The notes beneath the pieces were generated by a model, which did not search any database, was not told the DNA's origin, and saw nothing but the letters and a program-made list of their open reading frames with translations. This document shows positions 24,856-38,739 of a stretch of DNA of 64,000 nucleotides, one piece after another; position 1 is the stretch's first letter; every line of letters begins with the position of its first letter. Source of the DNA: Zootoca vivipara (lineage: Eukaryota). A program made the translations under genes and the position numbers. The stretch covers positions 33,356,001 through 33,420,000 of the forward strand of contig NC_083280.1 in NCBI RefSeq assembly GCF_963506605.1, in the 5' to 3' direction.

Positions 24856-25734
24856 CTCTAGAGGAAGGTATCCAGATGTAACAATGTTAAAACATTAGCT
24901 ATAACATTATATATGCACTACAAATAATTAAATGGAGATCATCTTTGGGTGAGATACCTCTCACCTTATCTTCTTTGGAACCAAGTCTTATCTTGTACTT
25001 AAAACAAATAAATGAAATTTTAAATCAATATTAAGGCCCATTGAGCAATTACTTGATATAAACTGGGAGTCAAATCTGAGTGCTCCACAGTCCTGCTGTT
25101 CATCATGGAAGCCAAGAAGCAAGTAGCAAGTGCTCAAGGAAAACCTACCCATCCAGAGGTGCAAGTTTCTTCAGAGGATTTGGGGGCCAGATGGGACATT
25201 GTGTAATGTCCTCGGAATATTGAGGGGGCCTGGATCCATATATGCATATATTCAGAGGGCCACATCTATATTTCAGTATGACTGAAAACCTTAACCCAAG
25301 ACTGAAGTCAGGTTAAAACATATTTTAAAGGTTAGATTTTATACCACTTCTAAATTCACTTCTCTCCCATAATTTTACTATATTTTACCAACACACATGT
25401 GTTTACTTTCTTCTACACTGCAAATTTCCAAACTATAATTTACAGAAGTATCAGAGCGTTTTTCTTGAAAAAAAATATATATAAGGCTATTCTTTCACTT
25501 TAAAATTACTATGGAATAATTTGCAAGTAAATTAATGTTTGACAAGGAACATTTATCTTTTTGCCCTGATAAACAGCATGGGAAATGTCTGTTACAACAA
25601 ACACAATACAGTAAATTAATAAAATTTGAATCTGTTGGATTTAAAAGAGCAATGCTAAGATATTCCTTTTTGTGTGTCGAGACCAAGTAACCACCCCCTC
25701 GAGGAGGAATAAATACACTAGGACACATCATATA

Positions 25735-26135
25735 CATACCTGCCAAGTCTCCCGCTGATAAAAGTGGGATCATCAGCGGTGCAGCACCCGAAGTTGCGTA
25801 GAAGCAACTTCTGGGGCCGCTCTTCCCATGTGTGGGCACCAGAAATTGGGCAGAGCTGCACCGGAAGTCGCTTCTACGCAGGCCCGGAGGCCATCTTGGT
25901 GAAGGCCACCACCATGCGGCCACCACCAAGATGGCTGCCGGGCAGGCGTAGAAGCAACTTCCGGTGCCGCTCTGCCCAATTTCCGGTGCCCACACATGGG
26001 AAGAGCAGCACCCAAAATCCCTGGCAGGTAGGAAATCCAGGGGATTTCCAGGATTTTTCTCCATTCGGAAGAATAGCAGGAAACGGATTAAAATCCGGGG
26101 GTTTCCCGTGAAAAACAGGACACTTGGCAGCTAGG
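25735..26135. mobile_element. Non-autonomous hAT element with an internal ~200-bp palindrome
   Basis: TIR CATACCTGCCAAG/CTTGGCAGCTAGG; near-TSD ATCATATA/ATGATATA; inverted repeat ~25815-26010. Confidence 0.8.
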
Positions 26136-26684
26136 ATGATATAAAGTATGTTATTGGGCAAATTTAGGCCACAACTTTATTGGCTACAGAATGTGAGCAG
26201 TATTAGCTTAGGCATTGAGTAGACCAGGCTATATCTGACTCCTGCCCGCTGCGCAGGAAATCTGGTAGGGTAAACCACCGGTAGGAGGAGCCCCGTCGAT
26301 GCAAACCAACTCGAGCTCCCCCCCCCCGGGTTCCCGGAAGGGTCGTGGCCACTAGAGGAAGCACAGAATTGTTGCAGACTACACAACCAGTCTACCTGAC
26401 CTTTGACCCCTCGCCTCTTCTGCACCAAGTTTAACAGATCTCCCCTACTGGAAGCCAAGAAATTGCCAAGATCAGACATCACATTGAATAGTACTGCGAA
26501 GAACTGTGCCATTTCTCAAGGCTATTATTTATTAAACTCAGAATTTGGCACAGATGGGATAAAAAGGAAATCAATACAAGAGAAAACTCTCAGAATTTAA
26601 TTTAACAATCTCACTAGTAGAATGGGATTGTATGTTTAAAAATATTCTGTCATTATTACCAAGGGCAAACCATAAAGAAAACTA

Positions 26685-26926
26685 CAGTGGTACCTCTACT
26701 TACGAATTTAATGTGTTCCGAATGCACATTTGTAAGTCGAAAAAATTGTAAGTCGAATCCCATAGGAATGCATTGGGACAAAAAATTCATAAGTAGAAGC
26801 AACCCTATCTAAAAATTCTTAAGTAGAAAAAATCCTATCTAAACCGCATCCAAGATGGCGGACGGAGCTCCATTTGTAAGTAGAAACATTCGTAAGTAGA
26901 GTTATTCATAAGTAGAAGTACCACTG
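26685..26926. mobile_element. Tc1/mariner (Tigger-like) MITE
   Basis: TIR CAGTGGTACCTCTACTTA/TAAGTAGAAGTACCACTG flanked by TA on both sides. Confidence 0.9.
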
Positions 26927-27297
26927 TACGTACTTCGAGGTTCCATTTCAATGGTACTGAACTCCACATTGACTGAGCAAAATTTACAGTTCAGATATGT
27001 ATTGCTAGTAGGGTAGAAGAACAAAAAGAGGTTTCATACAGATTTGTGGAGTAGAAACAAAGGAAAACAAATCTGGTCCATAATACTGAACACAATATGG
27101 GAAACAACAGGCTATTTTATACCCAGAATGATCCTGTCTGAGATAACAAATGTTGATCTTCAAGTTTATTGACAAGAGTCTGTATTGCTCAATTTTGGAA
27201 AAGTAAAAGCACCCCACAATGACAGAAAGCTGAGGAAAATCGGGAGACTCATGCAAATAAGGGAGCCAAATAATCGACAAACAAAATATAACAATTA

Positions 27298-27585
27298 TCG
27301 AAAGTAAATTTATTGAAAGATGGTCCATATTTATTCATTTTTTGAATGTTAAAGTAGCAGGTGATGTATCCTTGTAGTTTATTTACATCAGTTTAATTCT
27401 CTATTCTCTCTTGTTCTTCATCATGATTATTTTATTATAATTTTTTCTACTATTTTATATAAATGTTAAATTTAATAAAATGCATAGATGATAGATAAGA
27501 GAAATGGATTTGCATGAGCCACTGAAATCTGGTATAGAAAAGTATTAATGCCAGTCCAAGACTGTCCTCTAAAAAAAATTTAAAA
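27298..27585 (+). mobile_element. L1/Tx1-type extreme 3' fragment
   Basis: ESKFIERWSIFIHFL...* resembles an ORF2 C-terminus; AT-rich 3'UTR with AATAAA. Confidence 0.45.
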
Positions 27586-28576
27586 AATGAATATGACAAT
27601 CTACAAACTAGGTAAAAAGAATTACCCTTTCTATTGTTGTGCAAAGCTGTTATTAGTGAAGGACTTTGAAATGTCTTTGAATCATGTTGCTGTGTTCTGG
27701 CTATCCCTGCCTGCTGCCCATGCTTGCCTCCAAATTCTCTCCTTTTTTATTTGTCACTTTCCAGATGGCTGGAGGGATCAATTTGTTATGATTCAATGAC
27801 ACTCTCAATAAGCACAGCCCATTCTAGTCACCATCTCTACTGTTTGCAACAGTACAGTTCCTTGGGCTAGAGTTGTCATATGCTGACATCAGGGGTCTTA
27901 TCAGGCATCTGCTTAAATTAAGATATCCAAATGCCTGCTGATTAATTACCTTTTTCTGTGAATAAACAGGAGGACCACGAGTTAATTAATGTACATGTTC
28001 AATTACCCTAAATTGGTGTCAGGTGCCCTACGTATCAGAAACAGGGATGAATGCTTGACTGCTTTTAAATACATGCAGAGCTACATAGTACAAACACAGG
28101 CTCCAGTCAGTAAAAACACAAGCTGCTGCACATCATCTTTACTTGAAAAAAAATTAACAAAAATTAGAAGATACCATCAAATTAGTCCACCAACATGATT
28201 TCATGGTAGGAGCAGGAACCTCTGTTGGAAGGGATCTGCTGGATTATTTTAGTATGCAGACTCCCCTGCTCAGCACCTGAGGACCCCTGACCTGCCACTC
28301 ACTACCTGGCCTAGGACAGGGTCTGGCAGGCTATATGAGAACTGCTGCTGCTGCTGGGCAAAGAGGGCTCCATTTTGTTGTTTTTAAAATTGCTGTTATT
28401 TTTTATCCATGTCATTTTAAACTGTGTTATTAATGCTGTATTCTTAGTTTTAGATTTTGATTTATCTGGAAATTGTTTTCCATTTGGTTGTGTATTTTTT
28501 TTTTGGATGTGGTTTATTGGTTATGACTTTTGTAATTATGTAAATATTTTCATGTTGTAATCCGCCTTGAGCATTG

Positions 28577-29548
28577 GTTTTTTCCTCAAATAATTTTTAT
28601 TATTTTTTTCCAAATAAACGAAACAAAAAAATTATTATACAATTCATCTTATGTTCACCCATCTCAGTTCCTTTCGCTCTGCCGAGCTGTGACTTCCCTC
28701 CCTCCCGTCATTCGGCTTTGTTTCTCACTCTTATCTCACAGTTCCTTTTTACCCACATTTTAAACCAGTTCATAGGATTTATTTCAGTCCTGCAAGTGTC
28801 TTTAAACTTCTACAGTTCTTCTCCATATAGTCAATGAATTTACTCCATTCCCTTTGGAACTTTGTCTCTCCCTGGTTACGGATCCCACAGGTGAACTTTG
28901 CTAACTCTGCATAGTCAATCATTTTTGTCTACCACTCCTCAATTGTCGGTATCTCTTGTAGTTTCCATTTTTGGGCTAATAAAGTTCTTGCCGCAGATGC
29001 AGCATACATAAATAATCTCTGGTCTCCTTTTGCTATTTCCTCTCCCATTAGTCCCAATAGAAAAGCTTCAGGTTTTTTTGGGAAAGGTATACCTAAACAT
29101 CTTTTTCAATTCATTATATATCATTTCCCAAAATCTTTTTACTTTTTTGCATGTCCACCACATATGGTAAAATTCATCATCTTTATCTTTACATTTCCAG
29201 CATAATTTACTACTCATTCTATACATTTTAGCTAATTTTACTGGTGTTAGGTACCATCTGTACATTATTTTCATTACATTTTCTTTCAAAGCATTACATG
29301 CAGTAAATTTCAATGTTTCACTCCACAATTTCAACCACGCATCATATTCAATATTGTACCCAAAGTCTCTTTCCCATGTTATCATCACTTTTGTTATTTC
29401 ATCTTTCGTAAACCACTCTAACAAAAAATTATACATTTTCGATAACAATTTCACTCTGCCTTCCAACAATTCTATTTGAAATTTGGACCTTTTATCTTCA
29501 AAACCTATTTTCTTATAATTTAACAATACATCGTTCACTTGATGGTAC
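28577..29548 (-). mobile_element. 5'-truncated L1 (ORF2 C-terminal zinc-finger region and 3'UTR) inserted into an L2 tail
   Basis: ORF 29068-29658 contains KIMYRWYLTP..CWKCKDKDDEFYHMWWTC; 12-bp TSD CCTTGAGCATTG (28565-28576 and 29549-29560). Confidence 0.9.
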
Positions 29549-30862
29549 CCTTGAGCATTGTTTTTAACTGTGGAAAAGCGGCATACAAATAAAAAATGAT
29601 GATGATGAGTATGCAAATCATTTTCAGGTCTGGACACCACATGAATAAAGTGTTGCATTGTTTGAATATAACTCTCTGGTCACTTCTAGCACATTTTATT
29701 TGTTCCTAATACTAAACAACTGGAAACATTATCTTTGTTTTTAAACAAATCACAATTTGCTCTGGTTCTGACAAAATGGCATGTAAACATTTGGGTTTAA
29801 TTTAAAGAAGTCAATGTCACCTTATGCTGTTTTATGATTTAGAATTTATTGCAGCAGTTTTGATTTTTCTATGCAGCAGTAAAGTTTTAAGTACTACAGT
29901 TTTAAAATATTTCCATTTCATGAATTATGGTAAACTGAATCTACATATTCCATTACAAGTATCCTAGAAATATTTTAATACTCAGTGTGGCACAACAAAA
30001 TCAAACTTCTTCCCTATAAATTCAGAGTTTCTGTGCTTAAGATGCATGCTGTCTTGTCCTTTTCAACTGGCCTAAGGTCTGTCTCTCATCATACTTCAAC
30101 AGAAACTTTAAAAGACCCCCACACCTGCTTGAAGACTGAAGGCTGCAAGCAATTTGCCATTACACATTCGCAAACACTCTTTAGAGATCATTCCTGGTTT
30201 CTAAAGAAAGAAAAATAAAATCATTTTTCACTTCAAGTGCAAAACAGATAAAATGTTGAGGAAATGTTCAAATAAAAATAGAAACCTTATACCTCAAAAT
30301 AGTTAACTTAAGTACCATATAAACCTGTTCACTTGGCCTGAAACTGTGTATATGAATGGAGGAGACACAAGATCACACCCACCATCCCGGCCCAGCCACT
30401 AAAGAGCCATGCCCCTGTGCACACAAAGCCCATAAAAATATGGTAATCATTGTCCAACAGTATGATTTTTTTAATGCTACATCAAAAAATAAATGTATAT
30501 CTAGCAAATTAAATTAGGTTTCAGTAATGCATATTATACTTCAAAACTAACGAAGCTGAACACTTACAAATAATTTAGAGAAAATGAGTTTTGAAACGTT
30601 AGATATTGAGAGCTTCCTTAAAAAAAAAAAAAAACACTAACCACACTTTCCATAGCATCTGGATCCAGAGCTATGGCCCAGATCTGAAACCATGATGCGG
30701 CACACACGCAATCTGAATGGCAATGCCAATCAACTTTTTTGGGGTGGCCTCAAGCATTTTATTGGGAAGGGGGCGAAGGGACCTCAGCCCCTGGGAGTTG
30801 GGTCCTATGTCCCAGTTAGCCTGTGTTCAAATGTATGGTTATGTGAGGTGTGCCTGTTGTCT

Positions 30863-30920
30863 TTGTCCATGGAGTTTTCTTGGCAGAGATACTGGAGTGG
30901 CTTGCCAGTTCCTTCTCCAG
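30863..30920 (-). mobile_element. RTE/BovB-type 3' fragment
   Basis: Minus ctggagaaggaactggcaagccactccagtatctctgccaagaaaactccatggac. Confidence 0.6.
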
Positions 30921-33152
30921 AGGTGTGAGAGATTAGAAAGTAGGACTGCTTTGCCTCTTGCAATTCCTTTGGAGGACCTCAGAGATGGAGTGACAATACA
31001 GTTTTCAACTGCTGGCTTGTAATTTCTTAGCTTCCAGAAATTCTTAATGTACTCTGTGTTAATTGATTACAATAAGAGTTCCAAAAAGAGAAAGTGATGC
31101 TTCTTGCATTAAACTGCAAAAAGTGCTGTGCATGGTACACATCTATCAAAAGGGACAGCTGGCAATCTTAGTATCACATGCCAAAAAGCTCGTCAATGGA
31201 TTATCCCAATTACTCAACAGCATCCTTATATATTGGAGTGTGTCATAAATGTCTTGCATCAACATACTACAACTCTTTTGTATAGTCAGCATGATCGTCC
31301 AAGAAGGTGCAAAAATGCTGAATGTTGAAAAGGAACATCACTCCAAAAATAACAGTTTGCCTTCTCAGCAACTTCTCTGGGATATAAGATCACAAGATCT
31401 GCCATACCGCTCCAAGCAAATGTCCATCTTGCATCCTGTCTCTAGCAGTTCTCAAGCATGACTATGAGCAGCTGATACCCATTGTAAGCCAATGGAACTC
31501 CTCCGATTAGAGTTGCCATATAGATAACCCGATACTGGGAACAGGGGGTGACTATCGATACATTTTACGAGTTCGTCTAACTTTTTTAAAAAATCATTCA
31601 CCTAGTGGTAAACGTCACATCTTGGAGCAGTGGGTACTATAAGTATGAGGAAATGCATTATTTTTGCCACCTTGAACTTATGAGCAATAGACTTCATTAC
31701 ATGACACCAGTCTCTCTTCTAGTGCCCATATACAACTAAGGGGAGCTCACAATCACTATGTAATGAAATATACTCAAATACTTTTCTTTTTATTCATAAC
31801 CTACTGTTAAGGTCTCCTTCATAGTTCCCCCCATCCTTCAGATCTAAGAGAACCATCGTTTCAGGGAAAATATTCTGAAAACCTATATAATATATGTGCC
31901 TTTCTCTGTTTTTTCTTCAGGTCTTCAAGTATGATGGACAAACTGCACTTTTTTAAAAAATGGCTGAACTATACACAGACCTGGTTTGCATGGTGTTAAG
32001 CCAAACCATGGGTTAGCACAAATGACTTGGTTTTGGCAGAGAAGATACTATGCTAGTGTGAGCTAAGCCATGTATTGGTTTAGCATTTTATCCAAACCAC
32101 AAGCTATAGGCAGGGTTTGTTCAGAAACATAAATTCAAAAACTATCCATGTTAAACTAAAAACTTCCAGAAAGAGCCTAGGTTTGTGGATAAAATTCAAT
32201 TTGCCATACAAATTCAACATGTCATTTCTGTCCTAAATCTTCAAAGTTTGGTTGAGTTCCAATGTCACATTCATTTCAGATCCAATTCCTTCTGTTGGGT
32301 ATTCCATTGATATAAAACACCATATTACCAAGGTATATGCAACTTTGATTTTAAAATGCAACAATGAATTTCATGGATCTCCAATATAATCGATTGATTT
32401 TATTTCTATGCCATGTTTCATACAAGTCCTTCAGGTTAAGCTTTTTACTTGCATGCTCCTCTAAAAAAAAAAAATTACGTCATGAAAATTATCATGTATT
32501 TCTTAATGCTCAGGGCATCCAATAACTGATTGTTTTATTATTTATTAATTGTTAGTCACTTTATCTTGCCCAGAACGACTCACAACCAAACTTAACTATT
32601 AGTTCGTCAGCTCAACAAAGCTATTCATAAAGATGAAAGCCATGTAATGCAGAAATTGGGTTTTAAAAATTTGTTTTTATTTCTTGAATTGTTTTCATAT
32701 CAAAGAACTGACCTCTGGCTCTCATGCCACCAGATGTGTTGTCATTAATGTTCTCTTGAAGACACCGATTGTGTAAAAGCAAAGCTTTGTACACAACACA
32801 GGATATAAATGTTTATAATAACTCTACAGGTGACTGTCACAGTGTAACACCTACTGCACAATAAAGATTGCAAAGCAATTTTGAAAACCCATAAAAGAAT
32901 GATGTTCTGTTCCTTAAATAAATCTATTACATTTAGCAACCAATTAAACTGGAGCAGGCCAGATGCCACAGTATGAAAATAGAACTTATAACACATTTAA
33001 AGAATCCTGAGGAAGAACACACAACCTATTCTTCAAGCCAGAAATATACTCACAATGACAGAGAGTACAACCAAATATAATGCTATGTGGTCTCAACAGA
33101 ATTTTATTACCACATTTTCAAAGCCCAGCCACCCTGGACCATTCATTCCTCA

Positions 33153-33407
33153 AGAGCCAGTGTGGTGTAGTGGTTAAGAGTGGTAGACTCGTAATCTGGG
33201 GAACCGAGTTCTCGTCTCCACTCCTCCACATGCAGCTGCTGAGTGACCTTGGGCTAGTCACACTTCTTTGAAGTCTCTCAGCCCCACCCACCTCACAGGG
33301 TGTCTGTTGTGGGGGAGGAGGGGAAAAGGAGATTGTTAGCCGCTTTGAGACTCCTTCGGGTAGAGATAAAGCGGGATATCAAATCCAAACTCTTTTCTTC
33401 TTCTTCT
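33153..33407 (+). mobile_element. tRNA-derived squamate SINE with L2-like 3' end and (CTT)n tail
   Basis: A-box-like TGGTGTAGTGG, CORE-like tgaccttgggctagtcac, tail gccgctttgagactcc...ttcttcttct. Confidence 0.8.
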
Positions 33408-33635
33408 AGAAAATTCCAACAACATTGCTAGGCATGTTGGTAAAGGTGGCCTTTTGTGAATCCTGAGTGCCGTACTAGAGGAGTTACTAAAAGTATTATT
33501 CTTTTGGGCAGAATAAGTAGGAGGTCACTGAAGCATGTCACTCTTCAAAGGACAGATGAGAATATGTGTCCCTCTAAATGTTGTTGGATTACAGCTCCCA
33601 TCGGATTGGATATTATTAATTTGAATGTATATTAT

Positions 33636-33720
33636 GGGACGCGGGTGGGGCTGTGGTCTAACCACTGAGGCTCTTGGGCTTGCCGATCAGAAGGTCAGTA
33701 GTTCAAATCCCCACAATGGG
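33636..33720 (+). mobile_element. Sauria SINE 5' fragment
   Basis: gggacgcgggtggggctgtggtctaaccactgag...agttcaaatcc. Confidence 0.7.
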
Positions 33721-33777
33721 GATTCTCTGGGCATTCCATGCAACATGATCACCATGGGCTTTTCTACTTCCTGAGGA

Positions 33778-33837
33778 CAGGTAGGTAGCCGTGTTGGTCT
33801 GGGTCGAAGTAAAATAAAAAAAGGAATTTTTTTATTT
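33778..33837. mobile_element. Minimal 60-bp Penelope-like insertion (tail plus micro inverted repeat)
   Basis: caggtaggtagccgtgttggtctg is the reverse complement of the PLE tail at ~47333-47356; 13-bp TSD TACTTCCTGAGGA (33765-33777 and 33838-33850). Confidence 0.8.
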
Positions 33838-36800
33838 TACTTCCTGAGGAGTGAAGGATTATACCCAAATGGGAGCCACAGAAAGCCACAGGTTTTCCAT
33901 CCCTGCTCTAAAGCCAGTGGTGATTGAATGCCGAATGACTGTTGTCAGGGGGTGGGGAGGAAAACTCTGATATGAAAGGGAATATTATGGAATATTGTGT
34001 AAGAGGGCATGACTGGCTGGGACCCTGAACAGGAGCACCCACTTTCTGTGGCAGATCCCGCTTGTATTCCTATTATTTTAATGGTGCAAATAGGTACTGG
34101 GTAATCCACATAAAAACCAAACCAGTGCCCAACAAGTGAGAGGCAAATACATTTTTGCATTTCCGCAACCATTCTTTTAGGGCTCTATTTCAACAGTTGT
34201 AAAAAAATTAGGAAATTTTAAGGTGGGTGAAACGAGAATGAATTACTTCATGTCACTTTGGGCCAGCCCTATTGGGCACCTTGCAAATTGATTGTTAGCC
34301 TCCTGTTATGCATTTGCCTGTCTACCATGGTTACGATCTGTCAATTGGACTCAACTAATTATAGTGAACAAGTCTGTGACAAATAGCAAATTATCTCTTT
34401 CAGACTTCAAGCATTAACAGGAATGAATGACAGAAAAACACCACTCTAAAATAAGAACATGTTCTCTCCAAAACCACAACCAAATTGAAAAGCTACTGGG
34501 TCATTTTAGATAAACATTGGAGTTCACAGATTTGTATGCTATTGCAAGCAGCAAGAGACAAACATTTAGGATTATCACTTATTAATCTTGTCAGCTTTAT
34601 TTTGTGAATTTCTGACTGACAAGTAAATGTGTAGTGCTGAAGAAATACAAAATGGCAAAGCATACATTATATTATTCTGCTTTTAATTATGTCTTGTCTC
34701 TGTTACTTCAAGAGACAATATAGGGAACTGACAGACTTTGTCAGAATTGCCAACGCCCAACAGATTTTGAAGTTGGCTCAGTAACGCAGAGAAATATATC
34801 CAATAGTCTTCTGCATTTCTAATGGTACACTAGAAACAGAAATGCAAAGGTTTGTGTATCTAGTGCAGCAAACACCAAAACAGATTTTTAGTAACAGGAA
34901 TACAAAATGCAACAGATGTAACTCACTTAGATGTAACTCACCCCAACAGGCACTACTAAAGCATCCAAGACTGTTATCAGTTGGAAGAGAAGTCTTGTAG
35001 CTGTGGTCACAACTGTGTGTATGTTCCCATGTGATTCCACTTCCAAAGTTTGCTATCAGTTTGGAATTGACACCCAGCAACACACACACACTTGTGGTCA
35101 CTACCGTACTACAAGGCTTCTGTTCCAGACTACTGTAGCTGGAGTTCTGAAAAGCAGCACTCCCCTAAAGAGTGGAAGTATGATGCAGTCATGTTGCAGA
35201 AGGGAAGATAAACCTCTCGTGTCACGTGAGTATTTCTCTGTATTAAGCAGATTCCAGGTAAGGTAATCAGAGTGACTGACTGTGTGATGATTTAAACGAA
35301 GAGAGATGAAACAAACTCTTACATAAGCTATGATGTATTCTTGTTAAGGGTATTTGTTCAACTGGAGAATCTTACCTTTCAAAAGATTAGAAAAGGTAAA
35401 AAAGAAAAAAAAGGTGAGTTTGTTTCTATAAAGAAAGACTTAAATAATTAATACCTTCTAGCATCTGGGGGGGAGGGGAATGAAGGAAGGAAGGAAGGAA
35501 GAGGCTAAGGAGAAAGTGTGAGGTTTAGAGAAGAATGTGTGTCAATTGATAAATTATTCAGAATACAAAAAATATATAAAGCTGAGCACAAAAGTTGATA
35601 ACAGAAGGACAATGCATAACTTGATGTTGAAAACTCAAAGCTACTGTTCCAAAATGAACAAAACTATACACAGGGACTTCTTTTATTAAAAATGATTCTA
35701 AAGCCTTAGAATAAATTAAAATTTAATTGTTTATCAAAAAGATGTACTGAACAGAAACTGATTTCCACAGAGAAAGGGTGTTGTTTTTGGGAAGGGAGGG
35801 TTTGTATTTGAAACTAATCAACCAAGAGATGCTGCATTACAAAAGAAAAATGCAGCATAACATCTTACTCTACTGAAAGGAAGAAAAATCAAAACTGTAC
35901 TTCAAAAAAACAACCTGGACATCTTTATGATGCTAATTAAAATTGATTTGGCAAATGCAAGAGCATAGTTTGGGAGAATGGACTCTTTGTTCTTTTATTT
36001 AGTCTGCCTAACCTCCCAAAGCATTTAATTCTAATTAGATAGAACCAGAAAACTGAACTGGCAGGAAGAGTCATTGACATTTCATTAATGTCTGGTGTTC
36101 CATTAAGCTGTAGGAAAAACCCAAAGTAATAGCACTTAGTCCATACCTTCCTTGAACATTTAAATGAGCTATTAAATGCAGTTAAAGTGTTTTTGAAAAG
36201 GATGCCAAGTGGTAAAACTTCCATGATGCTTGTTCTAAACAATGTACATATATATTTCCCTATACAGTACGGAATACAACTGAGTATCACTATCTCAATA
36301 CCACAATAAACAGGAATTTGTGTCTGAACTCATCTTCAGAACACTTTGAATAAAAGCGAAATAGTACTAAAATTTGAAGACCTAAATACTTCTATACTAT
36401 TGATAAGGAATCATCATGCAAGACCTAATTGAATTTAACAAGTTTGCTTCATATATTTCTAGGCACCTAATCCAAGAGCAAACCTCACGATAGCTCTATA
36501 TTAAAAACATAGAATGCATTCTAAATCCTTGCTTATTTCCCCTCATCCAAGAGAAGTAATAGTGTTATTCCCCAGTTCCCACAACCCTCAAACTCTGCTT
36601 TACAGTGCAATTTCTTCTTGTAAGTCTCTACTGTGTTCAGCGCGGCTTATTTTCATCATTCATCTTGTAGATACTATTTGGGAGATGCTACAGAAAATAA
36701 AATGTACTCTGGTACCCATAAGAGAAACAATACTGTACAGTATTAGTAATCAATACTAGAGGCTTAGGTATCAGAGATGCCTATCAGTCAATGGACACAT

Positions 36801-37714
36801 TGTTTCCTCCTGATTGGCATACTGTATTCAGTTTTCTGTAGTTGTGTGTGTGTGTGTGTGTGTGTCTGTGTAGAGAATGGGACTAAATGGCTGACATAAT
36901 GGTTGACATTGGGCTAGGTAATTTGAACATCCACTAGTGCCAGATGACCTGCTTTGCAAATCTCTCTTCCTGCTTTACATTTTATAATTAAAAAAAATTA
37001 AAACAGTCCTGTTGCAGCTGGTTAAAAAATCACATATCTTGGTGAAATCAATGGAGCAAAAAATATAGTATGAATAATGGGGTTGAATGACTATTGAAGG
37101 ACAAGAACAGCTATTCTGTTTCGCAGTAGCTTCACAGAAATCTCAGATTACGGTTAATATGATTTATAACTTTTTTTATATAAAACCTAATGAGTGGACA
37201 CTCAACATTAACTCAACTCTTTAGGCAGGGATAACATTATGAAGAGGACATTTTGCCATCATATGACTGCTAATAAAATTCCTTACAGGGACATTAATCT
37301 TTTCACCTCTGTTAAATCTTTCATTACTCAGAAATAATAAGTACTGGGAGTAAAGGGGGGGGGAACATGCAGGGGGAAATATAGAAGTCATTTAGAAAAG
37401 CATCTAACATGTGCCTAAGGAAACATTAAAGCCATTATTTAAATTTTAAGACATTATCTTATATATTAAATACCACAATAAACATTATGATATTAGTTGT
37501 ATGGAGTATTTCCTATCTTTTTAGAACCTTGTATTCAGAGAAAGACTCAGATCCAGCAGAGGGTTCTGTTGGGGAAATGCAGAGGTGTTTCAGTGCAGCC
37601 TCCAGTGCCATAATCCCCTACTGTTCCAGGGGATTCCCCATTCCTAAACAATAACTTTTGAAGAGACACCAGGGGAAGGAAGGGCTGGTGAAAATTGCCT
37701 CTCTAGTTGCACTC

Positions 37715-38018
37715 TTGCCGATCAGGTCAGCGGTTCGAATCCGCACAATGGGGTGAGCTCCTGTTGCTCTGTCCCAGCTTCCGACAACCTAGAAGACACC
37801 AGAACACCAGGATGGAAGCCAGAGCGCACATAAACTGTGTACTTTCCTGCTGCAGTGGTACCTAGTTATCTACTTGCACTGGTGTGCTTTTGAACTGCTA
37901 GGTTGGCAGAAACCTGGGACAAAGCAACGGGAGCTCACTGCATTGCACAGATTCGAAACACTGACCTTCTGATCAGCAAGCCCAAGAGGCTCAGTGGTTT
38001 AGACCCCAGCGCCACCCA
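37715..38018. mobile_element. Two oppositely oriented Sauria SINE pieces
   Basis: Plus-strand head piece 37715-37792 (GGTTCGAATCC) followed by a minus-strand 5' half ~37795-38018. Confidence 0.75.
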
Positions 38019-38739
38019 CTCTCTATATGTATAGAACACACACAACACAAGCTTGCACTTAACCTTGATAAATTAAATTACCGAAAGGGGTGATTTGTTG
38101 CTCTCATTGGTCACATAATCTGCCTGCCTGGGCAAGGCATAATACGTCTTACCATAGCCACATGAAAATGATGGCTTCCAGTGGAGAGCTTGCACCTACA
38201 TTGGTCCTCAGCTTTTTAGAGCAGGACAGCAGTTAACCTAAGATTTGGATTAGCATATTTTATGAACCTGGTCTCTCCTCCTTAACCTTTAACCATAGGA
38301 CAAACTTTGGCTACAAATTTTCTTTGAAGAGGAGAAACCTTAACCATGATCCTAAGTTCACATGACATGCTAAAGCTTGGCTTGGCTGCTTAACTCCACT
38401 GACCGAAAACCTCTGCGGCAGAGCAAAGTAGCTTCTTATCCATGATATTGCTTTAGCATCAGAGAAACAGTGGCTTCATCCTTGGGCTGTATTGAATAAA
38501 CTGAAGGAATCCAGTGAATACCTGTTTGAAACAATAATGCAGCATAAATCATAACAGATTATATTAATTTACTAGAGTATGATACAGAATCTAATTTAAA
38601 ATCAGAATTATACTGCACTTCCCTTCTACTACATCAATTACGTCCATAAGAAATGCCTAGCTCTTACAAATTACAGCTGCTGATGCATTGGTTAAAAAGC
38701 TTCCTGGCTGTTTCAAGTTTACTTAATGTTTCAAGATGC

